This document shows positions 13,508 through 26,124 of a stretch of DNA of 64,000 nt, in pieces. The DNA comes from Octopus sinensis (Eukaryota), in the NCBI RefSeq assembly GCF_006345805.1, contig NC_043012.1, positions 21,390,001 to 21,454,000 of the forward strand, in the 5' to 3' direction. The notes beneath the pieces are model-generated. The model saw nothing but the letters and a program-made list of their open reading frames with translations, searched no databases and was not told the origin of the DNA. The stretch's first letter is position 1. Every line of letters begins with the position of its first letter. The position numbers were made by a program, and so were the translations under genes.

Positions 13508-14085
13508 CATTCATGCGTATGTATATATACATAGATATGTACATAATCGTATCTAGATAATCGAGATGCATACACGCCTGTATAGATATCCATATCAACA
13601 TCCACATATGAATATTTATAAACATAACGCTTATGATGGAAGGCTACGTGTCTATATAGAGTATATTTGTGTGTGTGTGTGTGTGTGTGTGTCTGTCTGT
13701 CTGTCTGTCTGTCTGTGTGTGTCTGTGTGTATACAAAAAAACTGTATATGTGTGCATGTAGAAAGTAATCTTTCTTAACCCTTTCATGGTACAAGTCGAT
13801 AAATAGACAAACAGATAACTGTATTAATTCATACGGGCATACACATCTACATATATAGATACACACAAATATATATGTGTGTGTGCGTGTGTGTGTATAT
13901 GTATGTGCACGTATGTATGTGTAGTTATGTATATATGTATGTGTGTATATATATATGAATATATATGTATGTGTGTATGTATATATATACATATATATGT
14001 ATATACACATATATATACATATACATATACAAATACATATATACATATGTGTGTGTATATAAGTATATATACATATGTGTGTGTG

Positions 14086-14137
<52 letters not shown>

Positions 14138-14140
14138 ACA

Positions 14141-14280
14141 CGACAGGCTTCTTTCAGTTTCTGTCTACCAAATCCACTCACAAGGCTTTGGGTCAGCCCG
14201 AGTCTTTAGTAGAAGACATTTGCCCAAGGTGCCATGCAGTGGGACTGAACCGGGAACCATGTGGCTTGTAAGCAAGCTTC
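14141..14280 (-). mobile_element. SINE family A, head half only
   Basis: Matches the A head/CORE-like part; the tail is replaced by an expanded (TA/CA)n tract. Confidence 0.85.
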
Positions 14281-14411
14281 ATATAAATATTCATACTTAT
14301 GTGTGTGTGTGGATGTATGTATGTCTGTCTGTGTGTCTGTATGTCTGTATGTATGTATGTATGTATGTATGTATGTATGTATACATATATCTATGTATGT
14401 GTGTGTGTGTG

Positions 14412-14447
<36 letters not shown>

Positions 14448-14803
14448 TGTATGTATGTATGTATGTATGTATGTATGTATGTATGTATGTATGTATGTGT
14501 GTGTATGTATGTATTTATGTGTCTATGTATCTATGTATATATTTGAAGATTAAACTACTGGCTGAGATAGAGGGGCGTGTCTTGGACATTTTAAACCTGG
14601 CGGAATTCCTACCCCACCGCAGTTCTGACCACAGCTCGTTCCCTTCAGAACAAAAGCGAAGATGAAAAGAATTGAGTTTGGGAATCAATACTTTTAAGTT
14701 CTAGTATTTTATATATTCATCCAAGTGAGGATGAAAGGCAAAATCATAAGATAACTGGATTAATTGGCACCCAGATCTATGCATTTATGTATATGTATGC
14801 GTA

Positions 14804-15147
<344 letters not shown>

Positions 15148-15430
15148 AGTTGTGTTATACATTCAGGCATAAATATATCCTTCTATACACCTCACATCTA
15201 TGTATGCATACATGTGTAAACGTCATACATATTAATGATGAAAATTAAAAACGCTTTTCTTGTCTGCCACTGTTTCACTGATGTAATGGAGGACAATAAA
15301 AGATTATAGAGCAAACGACGTACTGTCGTTTATAGCAATGATACTCAAAATCCATACTAGCCCCCCCCCTACCTCTATCCCTCACCAAATACATACATTT
15401 ATACATACATAGATACCGCTTATGTCGGTG

Positions 15431-15472
<42 letters not shown>

Positions 15473-15540
15473 TATTCATGGTGTGTTGTTGCCAACTTAA
15501 AGTGGTAGTCCCAGGAAAGGGAAGAATGCTACTGCTAGAA

Positions 15541-15728
15541 TTAGCCCCAGGAAACACCATTTCTAGTTGGCTATGTGACACAAGCTTTCTGTGTCCTTAA
15601 GTTTTCAAAAAGGGGAGATAAGCCTGATGAAGAGCAATTACTCTGAAACTAGTCTCTGTGTGCTGGCTTTGCTGGGTGGAGGTGCTTATGTCACATATCT
15701 AACTGGAAGCGGTGTTTCTTGGGGCTAA
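15541..15728 (+). ncRNA. long hairpin enclosing hammerhead motif H4 (core 15624-15654)
   Basis: CTGATGA-AGAG CAATTA CTCT-GAAA-CTAG-TC^; helix III palindrome ACTAGT; helix I is weak with a mismatch at 1.1. Flanking arms TTAGCCCCAGGAAACACC / GGTGTTTCTTGGGGCTAA plus about 24 further paired bases. Confidence 0.6.
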
Positions 15729-15741
15729 ATAACAGTTTATT

Positions 15742-15918
15742 TTTCAAGGCTATCATCTCCTGAACGAGAGCTTTGGAACCATCTTTCAGCTTTTCTGATG
15801 TCAACAAAACCATTGCCAAGGGCCTTCTTGATATCCCGTAGAGCTTCTGCAGCAGAGTGACCCATTTTTACTCATACGAGAAAATCACTCAACATAGTTT
15901 GGTTGTTATCATTTTCAT
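15742..15918 (-). pseudogene. mariner transposase N-terminal HTH fragment
   Basis: MKMITTKLC*VIFSYE/KMGHSAAEALRDIKKALGNGFVDIRKAERWFQSSRSGDDSLE matches the mariner consensus LYEFKLGHSAAEA..WF..FRSGD.SLED. Confidence 0.85.
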
Positions 15919-16533
15919 AAGATCTGTGGGTACGAATTTTGTATACCAATAATGTTGGGAAAGAAAAAGAGTCAAGATTAAATGCAAGGTATACATAATT
16001 GAGTTTTTAAATGACTGAAATAACAAGTAATTAAAAATGCGACATTTCATGTGAAACAACATAATATGTGTGTGTGTGTGTGGTGTGTGTGTGTCTTTAG
16101 CAATCAGGAATCCTTTAAATAGTGAGAAGGGAAGAATTCATATCTAATAATATATAAAAGAGAGAGAGACGGGGTTATAAAATAAAATAATAATTGAATA
16201 CAATTATGCATATTGACACACACTCACACACACACACATACATACAAACCCATGCATACATATACATATATACATGTATGTCCAAATTTTGTTTTATTTG
16301 ATTTCCTGTCTGGAGAATTCCTGATAGGAGGTATCTCACATGTTTTCAACTAAGTGTACAATTTTGTAACTCCTATTAGCAAATGACACACGTGTAATGG
16401 TGAATAAATAATAACTAAAACGATTTCAAATCTCCTGTTTTCATTACTCTGCAGGAAAGATTATCCAGTATGTTCAGCCCCTCCCTACACATCACACAAA
16501 GATCTTCGAGCTGATGCATGCATTTACTAGTTA

Positions 16534-16880
16534 TACTTGTTTCAGTCCTTAGACCACAGTCATGTTAAGGTACCGCTTTCGAGGGGTTTTGTCGGACAAA
16601 ATAGCCGGTAAGTCAGCAGTGGAAGGGGGAAAACACACACACACAAACGCATACACACACACCCATACACACATACATACATACATTCATATATACCTAC
16701 CTATATATATATATATATGACGGGCTCTTTCAGTTTCCGCCTACCAAATCCACTCACAAGGCATCGGTCGATCCGGAGCTATAGTAAAAGACACTTGCTT
16801 AAGGAGTCACGTAGTGGGACTGAACCCGAAACGATGTGGTGCAAAGCAGGCTCCTTAACTACCCAGCTATCCCTGCACCT
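16534..16880 (-). mobile_element. SINE family A, older copy
   Basis: Diverged head and tail with internal deletions. Confidence 0.8.
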
Positions 16881-17062
16881 TGAATGTCTGTATAAATTAT
16901 GTCAGGGAATGTGGGTCGCTCTCAGTAATTAAGGAGCTAGTTTAATTTCCTGCCAGGTTTTACCCTTGGAAACTGAGTTCATTTTCTGCTGCTGGTACTA
17001 TTTATGTTTGTTAGTGTTGCTTTTTTATTTATTTTTTTCGATTAACTAGCAAATTAGCATAG

Positions 17063-17121
<59 letters not shown>

Positions 17122-17543
17122 GCGTGTCACGGGAAAAGTGGCACTGTCAGGCTGAGACATATTTTCTGTCCAGCAGTAAATTGCAAGTTCACTTGGTGAA
17201 ATTCGAGTTATTAATGGCAGACTGTCAACCTCGAACGATTGTACGAATGATTTGTATCACTCACATTCTGGCTTACAATTTTAATCCGTAGTTTTTCTTT
17301 TAGCTTTGCACTTTTGACAGTTAGGAAGACAAGAAGTAAGCGATCCTTAAAAGAGTCTTAAGAAGGGCAAAACTAATTCGTTCTATCCCAACAGCAAACT
17401 ACCGACATTTGTCTTGCTCGCTTACGTTCTGGCGTTTGCTGAATTTTTTGAGAACAATCTTTTCTTACTAGTCAGACCATATGGGGGTCTACATCTAGCA
17501 TAATGGATGTCCAGTTAGTGGTCATCCCTCTTATATGTATGTA

Positions 17544-17607
<64 letters not shown>

Positions 17608-17629
17608 ATATTATATATATTATATATAT

Positions 17630-18350
17630 GAAAAAACAAGTCAAAATAGAAAATGCTAAAATAATTTTATAAAGAACATTTCAGTACCGGTTTCGGTCAT
17701 TTTGAGACCTTTTCAACTGTAACGATTAAATAATTAAATTTAGAAAAATTAGAAGAAAAGTTTTTTTTAAAGGAATATTTGTATAGTAGTGTTCAAATAT
17801 AAGTGGCATTCTGCCTTTCTCTGACTCCCTTGTTTGCACTTGTGTGTTCGAGGTCGTTGTGAATTCTTGGTAGGGTAGAAGAAGAAGAAGGCTGAAGAGG
17901 AGAGGGGGTGGAAAAATTTGGGAGTGCCTTGATTGTTGTATTTTGAATGGTCAGTGACGGCTAGCAGTTGCAGTTCAATTCAGGAGAATATTTCTATATA
18001 TATATATATATAGTTTATTTGTTTATTTGTGGGTTAACAGGGCTACCAATGGTTTCATATGAAGAGACCTTATAAATGAATATATATATGTAGTGGGTCC
18101 TCGTGTGTCTGTCAGTAGACTGGGTCTATTAAAGGATGTTTACTTTATTATACCTCCATTACGGCCGATATTGACGATCGGTTTTGCACTAGGTGTTCAA
18201 CTGACTGTTAGACAACTGTCCGATTATGTTATCCTGCACTCTTTAGAGATGGCAGTTATGGAATGAAATATAGCGACTGTTTGCTATTGTTGGAGGTGAA
18301 CAGATATATACGGTTTGTGGTTGCTCTGAAAGAGGTGTTGAAACAAACGG
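17630..18350 (-). mobile_element. probable Penelope-type terminal repeat segment carrying hammerhead H5
   Basis: Unique-looking tract between (TA)n runs that ends in a hammerhead plus a T-rich tail, the layout of PLE pseudo-LTRs; no ORF recognised; right boundary uncertain. Confidence 0.4.
17678..17723 (-). ncRNA. type I hammerhead ribozyme motif H5, U3-A8 variant
   Basis: GTTACAG-TTGAAAA-GGTC TCAAAAT GACC-GAAA-CCGG-TA^CTGAAAT. Helix II is a perfect 4 bp; helix III palindrome ACCGGT; helix I is 3 bp + mismatch + 3 bp. Confidence 0.75.
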
Positions 18351-18684
18351 ATTAAGGATTAAGTTAACAGTACCATGACAGCTTTTCAAAAAAACCTAGA
18401 TAAGTTGGTAGAACATGAGCGTGCCCAAGGACTGGTTAACATCCAACAGTGTACATGGTATACACACACTTACGCAAGTCAAATGACACAATCCATCAAA
18501 CTTTCAAGTGTTAGCATGACGAGTGGCTGACAGGTGAAGTTGCGAGTACGTTCTGTAGTGGATGAAAAAAATCTTTCGATGGATTTAAAAAACAACGGAA
18601 AAGCATTTTTCTGTCTTCTATTCATTATAAAAGGAATTAGGGTAAATTACAAATACCTTTTAACAACAGGAATCTTTATTATTA

Positions 18685-18712
18685 CTAGCAAATCTACCCA
18701 TCTACGATGGAG
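18685..18712 (-). mobile_element. Helitron 3' terminus (hairpin + CTAG|T)
   Basis: Minus strand CCATC-GTA-GATGG hairpin followed by GTAGATTTG-CTAG-T; same hairpin as the end of the 19834-20173 unit. Confidence 0.55.
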
Positions 18713-19532
18713 GGAAGTCATAACAGCAGTATGTATTGAGAAATGTGTAAATGGACTTCATAGATTTACTGGACGATGTCTTAGAGAAATCACATTATTG
18801 TTGGTGATACAGCATTTTATTGTAGATGTATGACGTGTTTGCGACAAAGTGGCATGTGATGACGATTCACTCCCGAACTGAAATAGGCTCCAAACCTTTG
18901 TATTATGAATGGTTATGTGGACCACTCCTAACGAAAGCCAGAGCTTCCTTCGAACACTGCATTAAAAGTATTAAGAAAAAATGTTATTTACATCTACTTT
19001 TATTTTAGTTCTTTACTCTATTTTACGCTTGTTTATACTCTTATACATTCAAAGTTCACAAATTTCCTTATTTAAATTATGAATCCTATTCCTTTCGATA
19101 ATATCAATATGATTACAAAGCCTTTTTGTAAACGATATTTTCTGTTTGGTTGACACTAATTTTCAAATTACTGAAGTCCGTTGCTCTACTCGTAGTGAAG
19201 TATAACTGGTCGTGTGTAAACATCGGAGAGGGTAAAATGCATCTACACGATCTAAAGTCTGGTCCTGTGCCTTGTTTGCTGTGAATGCGCGAGCGGAATC
19301 TTTAGAGTTGCAAAGAATCAAACTAAGACTTACCTCTCACTGTTCTATGCGAATAATGTCTGGATGTTCTGGTAACATGGGTTATTTTAATTGACAAAAC
19401 TGAGATATAAACAACAGCCGCTTCGATTAGCCGTTTCAAATCCTGCTCGAGACTGACACACTTCAATAACCACTAAATAATCACACACACACACTATATA
19501 CTGACACACAATATTTCTGTTTTATTATAGCT

Positions 19533-19833
19533 CTTAGCTGTCCTCGCGACCCCCTTCGTATCTACGATGGGGTCACGAACTATACGATGAAAATCCAGAG
19601 TTACTCGTGGTCGGTGAATTTTTAATGAAAATGCGAAGGTGGATTATCAATTCAAAAATCGATATCCAGGAAATAATCATACTTTCTGATTTTTTAATGC
19701 CAAAATCCTTCCTGACGACCGTCTTTATTATCTCCAAAAAAATTTCGTAACCATTGGTCCAGCCGTCTGGCCGTGAAGAGGGAAGACAAAGGGGACAGAC
19801 AGACAGACGGAACACACGCCCATTATAGTTAGA
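19533..19833 (-). mobile_element. non-autonomous Helitron unit 1
   Basis: 5' TCTAACTATAATGGGCG, (CTGT)n microsatellite, CCCTCTTCACGGCCAGACGGCTGGACCAATGG block, 3' hairpin GACCCCATCGTAGATACGAAGGGGGTC then CTAA. Confidence 0.7.
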
Positions 19834-20173
19834 TAGCAAATTTGCCCATCTACGATGGGAAATAAAGGGATAGTATCGCGAATCTAAACCCTCTAAATTC
19901 ACGAACTATGCGGGGTAAGGGAATCCAGAGTTAATCCTCGTCGCCAGAATTTTAACATAAAAATTCAAGGGTGATTTATTAATACAAAACTCAATAACCA
20001 CTAAATTATCATAATTTTTCACTTTTTTTTTGTTAAAAACCTTCCTGCTTACTTCCTTCGTAATCCCGAAAAACATCGTGACCATTGGTCCAGCCGTTTG
20101 ACCGTGAAGAGGGAACAAACAGACGAACAGACTAGTAGACAGACAGACAGACATAACGCCCATTATAGTAAGA
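19834..20173 (-). mobile_element. non-autonomous Helitron unit 2, head-to-tail with unit 1
   Basis: A|TCTTACTATAATGGGCG 5' end, (CTGT)n, same conserved block, 3' hairpin CCCATC-GTA-GATGGG then GCTA joined directly to the TC of unit 1. Confidence 0.7.
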
Positions 20174-20220
20174 TGTCTGTATTAGAGAGAAGGAGTGAAG
20201 CAAAATTTTTGCAAAATTCT

Positions 20221-20425
20221 GGTTTCGATTCCTGAACCGGGTGATGCGTTGTGTTTTTGAGCAAAATACTTCATTTTTACGTTTCTCCACTTCACTCAGT
20301 TGTAAGCAAGCAACGTTCGACGGATTGGCGTTCCTTTGGTGGGGAATGTCGTGCTTTTGGTCACGTCTTCACCATAGGTACCAGATAATCAGACCTATGA
20401 GTCCCAGGACTCGAAACAGTAAAAA
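20221..20425 (+). mobile_element. SINE family C fragment with tail type 3, old
   Basis: GCGTTGTGTTTTTGAGCAAAA core, homologous to 43777-44020. Confidence 0.6.
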
Positions 20426-21114
20426 CAATGAAACAAAATTAGAGTCTTGATTCTGTTATACTTAGAACTGTGTCCACACAACCTAACTAACAGCCTATCC
20501 TCAAACATGAAATGGAAAATATCTTGTAGACCAGGATGTGGATGAACGAGCGTACCTATAACAACGTATTTCCTTTGAGAATATAGAGATCTTTTGTGTC
20601 TAAAAGTTCTCGATTAAAACATATAAGTAACGTCTTAAATAACTAACTAGTGTCTCTTTATTACTAAACCAGTTTCTACCTGTCTGAGTGGAAATCAATT
20701 CTTTCCTGGCATTCTAACAAAAACAGTAGACGAAGATATCTTTATAAAACTGCTTCTGAATTTAACATTATTCAAAACCATATTTTTCTAGAAAGAAATC
20801 AACAAGGACACCCATGGAATGTTATTTCAAATGTTGTGTTTGTTTGTTGAATATATATATCTTTTAAACACCCACGTAAAATGTCCGTAATTCGAATTCA
20901 GATAATAGCGGATTCTGCTAATTGCGTTTATATTTAACCAGTTATTAAATATGCTAAACAAATTATGAATAAGTATTTTGTGTTTGTGTGTGTGGCGGGG
21001 GGGGGTTAATATATTCTAAAGCGAGGTGTCACAGTGACCTAACTGGTAAAAGGTCACAATGTCTGGAACAGCCGGTTGAAATGTCGCACCCCTAACTCAT
21101 CCTAAGTTCTTTAT

Positions 21115-21115
<1 letters not shown>

Positions 21116-21165
<50 letters not shown>
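21116..21165. repeat. (TAG)n microsatellite
   Basis: Direct inspection. Confidence 0.95.
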
Positions 21166-21166
<1 letters not shown>

Positions 21167-21167
21167 C

Positions 21168-21722
21168 AAGGCGGCGAGCTGGCAGAAACGTTAGCACGCC
21201 GGGCGAAATGCGTAGCCGAGGTCGACTTTGCCTTTCATCCTTACGGGGTCGATTAAATAAGTACCAGTTACGCACTGGAGTAGATATAATCGACTTGATC
21301 CGTTTGTCTGTCCTTGTTTGTCCTCTCTGTGTTTAGCCTCTTGTGGGTAGTAAAGAAATAGGTATTTCGTTCGTCTTTATATTCTGAGTGCAAATTCCAC
21401 CGAGGTTGACCGCTTTCGAGGTCGATAATTTTAGTACCAGTAGAACATTATGGTCGATGTAATCGACTTAACCCCTCCCCCAAAATTTCAGGCCTTGTGC
21501 CTATTACAGAAAGGGGTGAGCTGGCAGAATTGTTAGAGCATCGGAAGAAAGTCATTGCAGCATTTCTTCCGATTCATTATTTTCTATGTCCAAATTCGGT
21601 CGAGGTCCACATTGCCTTTCATAACTTTCGGGGTTGATTAAGTAAGTACCAGTTGAGTACTGGGGTCGATGTAATCGACTAACACCCTTCCCTTAAAATT
21701 GATGTCCTCGTGCCAAAATTAG
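21168..21722 (+). mobile_element. cluster of three tandem SINE D copies
   Basis: Units at about 21168-21360 (young, with a deletion at GCCG microhomology), 21361-21512 and 21513-21722. Confidence 0.85.
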
Positions 21723-22789
21723 CTCGCTACCTGTAACCTACGGTACCGTGTTCTTTACGTTCTCCAACTACCTGGCGCTTTCCTGATAATTCTGGTCGAA
21801 CCAAGGAAGCAAACTTTTTGCAACAACACCACTAGGCACTCTATTCTAACCCAGCACTCGATTACAATTCGATTGGTCTCCTCGTCCCATCTTTATCTCT
21901 ATCTTTGAGTTTGAACTGTCTCTGGATAACGACCGGGCTTGCTGCTGCTCAACCATGGGACATCTGATAGGCGAAAGGCCTTCAGCGTTGGTTCCAGCCT
22001 CATTAACACAATTATTCAATACTGACTGGACATTTTCGCTCAATATTGAAGTGCGTGTTTTGAGGTTGGTCTCCAACTATTATTTTTGTCGAGACCCTAT
22101 TTCTAGAAAGATTATCAACCAAGACTGAAAATCTCTTACTGCCCATAAGATGGGACTATTCCCATCCTCATTTCCCATGGACAATTGTCATCCGTATGAC
22201 ACTCGTGGATCTCATCAGAAAAAAATGACGTCAGTGGATCCTGGATCTTCGTCCAACCATTATTCAGAAGCTGGGAACCGAGTCGCAGCTCAGTCGCCTT
22301 CATCACAAGGATGAAGGCGTTGGCCACTTAACAGGTTGTCAACAAGGCGACTAAGGAGTCCTATTTACCCCCAGTTTTTAAATCCGAGACAGATTGCTAC
22401 CCAAAGGTAAGAGTTTTGTCAACCCGCTTTTGACTGGATTCTCTTGAGTTCCTTTGTCCTTTGTCGGGTTTTGATTTTTATCCCGCGGTGTGTTCAAAAT
22501 ATCAGTCTCCTCACCAAATAAGCTTAGTGGGTTTGCCAGTTTTGTCGCCGAAATGGAATTTTCGAGGTAAGGCAGTCCATATAAACCTTCACGGAATCTT
22601 TGAGATTAATTGGAAGGAAGATGTGACTCCCATGATAGGTACCAAAATTACAAATGGGTTGTGTTAGAGTAGGTGATCGATTAAGCTTACCACTAAAGTA
22701 AGCCATGGCGAGATTTGAACTAAGAAGAACGCGCAAAACGCTCGAACCAATACAGAAAAACATCCTGTCTGGTTTTCTTACAGTTCTAC

Positions 22790-22932
22790 CAGTCCACCAC
22801 TCTGGATCGCTACTTCTTTTTATCGAACCCCCAAAAGAATGAAAGACTAATTTGACTTCGGAGGTATTTGAACTCAAAGTACTGCGATGTATTCTATCCG
22901 ACACTCTAACAATTCCGCTAATTCGTTGCCTA
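22790..22932 (-). mobile_element. SINE family D fragment
   Basis: CGAACCCCCAAAAGAATGAAAG and TTTGAACTCAAAG motifs. Confidence 0.65.
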
Positions 22933-22944
22933 CATTATCGACAT

Positions 22945-23353
22945 TACTCTTTTTCTTTTTTACTCTTTTTACTTGTTTCAGTCATTTGACTGCGGCCATG
23001 CTGGAGCACCGCCTTTAGTCGAGCAAATCGACCCCGGGACTTATTCTTTGTAAGCCCAGTACTTATTCTATCGGCCTCTTTTGCCGAACCGCTAAGTGAC
23101 GGGGACGTAAACACACCAGCATCGGTTGTCAAGCAATGCTAGGGGAACAAACACAGACACACACACTTATATATATATATACATATATACGACAGGCTTC
23201 TTTCAGTTTCCGTCTACCAAATCCACTCACAAGGCATTGGTCGGCCCGGGGCTATAGCAGAAGACACGTGCCCAAGATGCCACGCAGTGGGACTGAACCC
23301 GGAACCATGTTGTTGGTTAGCAAGCTACTTACCACACAGCCACTCCTGCACCT
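22945..23353 (-). mobile_element. SINE family A, full length, young
   Basis: Near-consensus head and tail. Confidence 0.93.
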
Positions 23354-24155
23354 TAGACAATTCCTTCGTAAAGGTTAATAAACATTCCCCATTTTAGTCT
23401 ACAAAGCTTAACACTGGGTAGCGCAGATTTATGCAAAATGAATATTATAGTGTCGCAACATCAATGTCATTCGTTCGATTGATTACAGATTTGATTTGAA
23501 ACTACCGAGTAGTGAGCTTCGGCGACTTTGCGGCATTTATTCCAATACAGGCTCAAAAACTGCGATTCACGTGGATGGGGAAATAGGCAGTTATGACAAT
23601 CGTGCCCTTCCCAACGGCAATACGAACATAATTCAATCAAAAATGATTATAACCACAAATGAAAGCTGATTTGCTATTTCGCAAGCCGGGAGACTACTTT
23701 CAAACTATTTGCAAGCCTTTAATTTAACTCTTTGAAGTCAAAATGATCGGCTTAGAGCAGATGGTTATAAGCACTTCAGTTGATTTAATAAAGATTCCAT
23801 CCATCCATCCTGATTGAAACAATATTTTCGTGAACGTTCGAAAAAAAAAAATGAAAGCTTTATTGTTATCTCTCGGCATATCCGTTCATAGAAAGAGCAG
23901 CTTCGTACACATTGTTGAAAACTGTATTTAGACGATATATAAAGAAAAAAAGAAAAAGTTATTTTCAATTCTCTGAATGGATTCTCACATCTGAATTTTC
24001 TTATTTAGAGATTTACGATTTACGATTTACTTTCTTTCACACGTTATATTTTATTTTTCAACCTTTCTCCACCTTGGAGTGTTGATCGTTTTCATATACT
24101 GTTGATTACTTGAACAGGATAGACGTCAGATTACGACTACGGTAACCATTGTGTT

Positions 24156-24342
<187 letters not shown>

Positions 24343-24411
24343 ATTGTTGGTTACTGTTATTGTTAATTCCTTGCCTGTTGCTTTGATTCTGTTCTGTTTT
24401 TGCTGCTCATT

Positions 24412-24464
<53 letters not shown>

Positions 24465-24622
24465 CAAAAGTAAAAATCGATATTCTTCTGGAAATATCTC
24501 GCAAATATCACATAATTTCACCCAAAAGAAGGTTTATTTTGCTTTTTTCTTTTGAAAACCTGGCAATAAAGATAAAACGAAGCTCGGAAACAAATAACAT
24601 GGTTTACAACATTACTTCTTTT

Positions 24623-24692
<70 letters not shown>

Positions 24693-24988
24693 TGTGTGTG
24701 AGTGTGTGTGTGTGTGTTATTGTGTGTGTGCTATTGTGTGTGTATGTGTGTGACTATGTGTGGCTCTCTGTGTTCTTCCCTTCAGTTTTTTTCCCCCCTT
24801 TGGGATGTAATAACTTTTGCAGGTGTCTTAAAACGTGATCCGAAGTGGAAACAATGACGATGTCTCTAGGCGGTGGCTTGCACTGCTAGATATAACAGTC
24901 AAATCTGCTTCAAATCACACACTTTGGTATAAATTCAAAAAAGAAAAATAACTTAGCCCCGTTTCTACAATTCCCGAACCAAGACAAA

Positions 24989-25367
24989 TACTCTCTTTAC
25001 TCTTTTACTCTTTTACTTGTTTCAGTCATTTGATTGTGGCCATGCTGGAGCACCGCCTTTAGTCGAGCAAATCGACCCCAGGGCTAATTCCTTGTAAGCC
25101 TAGTACTTATTCTAAGTTACGGTGTCATAAACACACCAGCATCGGTTGTCAAGTGATGTTGGGTGGACAAACACAGACACACACACATATATATATACAT
25201 ATATACGACGGGCTTCTTTCAGTTTCTGTCTACCAAATCCACTCACAAGGCTTTGGTCGGCCCGAGGCTATAGTAGAAGACACTTGCCCAAGGTGCCACG
25301 CAGTGGGACTGAAACCGGAACCATGTGGTTGGTAAACAAGCTACTTACCACAGCCACTCCTACGCCT
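24989..25367 (-). mobile_element. SINE family A
   Basis: Head, (TA)n and tail, with an internal deletion. Confidence 0.92.
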
Positions 25368-26124
25368 ATAGGTGACAATTTTATTGCAAGTCTACTTCGT
25401 CCAGGTCTTATTTATGCCTACACAACAACAATAGCTACAGCACCAGCAACAGCAGTAGCAGTAGTAGTGGTAGCAGTAAACAACAGTAACGCGATTTAGA
25501 AAGCAGCAATAGTCTCTTCAGCCTTTTTTCTGACCGAAATATTTTCATAAGTGTGGTTTGATATCCATGCTTGTTTTCAGACTAAAAGTTAATCCCAGTT
25601 TCCTATGGTCTGAATAACATAAAGCTCTTCTTTCTTAAGTCCCAAGTCACTCTGGTGGTTGAAAAAAAGATGGTAATCTATGTTAAATATCTTACATAAA
25701 CGCCGGAGAAATATATACTACGCATCACATATACTGGGACAGGCAAACAGTTCAGTATTCAGAAAGTAACTAGATTAAAATATAATAATTAAGTTAATTA
25801 CAAATATACAATAAGCAAAACCCATTTTGAAATAATTATGCAGTGAGGAAAAAACATACATTAGTTCAATGATTAAATTTATTTCGATGATTTCGACAAG
25901 AAAGGATAACATTTCTGGACATGTTTCGCCGTAACTAGACCACTTCATTGATCTAATGTTGCCTATTCCTTACCATATAATTAATTTTAATTGGCTTTTA
26001 ACACTCATGACATATGTTATCACTATTTAAGTATTATTTTCTCACGAAGATGGCGGGTTTTTTGTTTGTTTGTTTGCTTGTTTTTTAATATCATTCGGTG
26101 GTTTATTGATTAAAATACAGTTTT

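Noticed and set aside
22170-22220. CTGATGA-G-ATCC..GGAT-GACAATTGTC on the minus strand
   Set aside because: GAAA is replaced by GACA and there is no helix I.
25915-25950. GAAACATGTC palindrome with a partial helix II (minus strand)
   Set aside because: Core and helix I are not recoverable.
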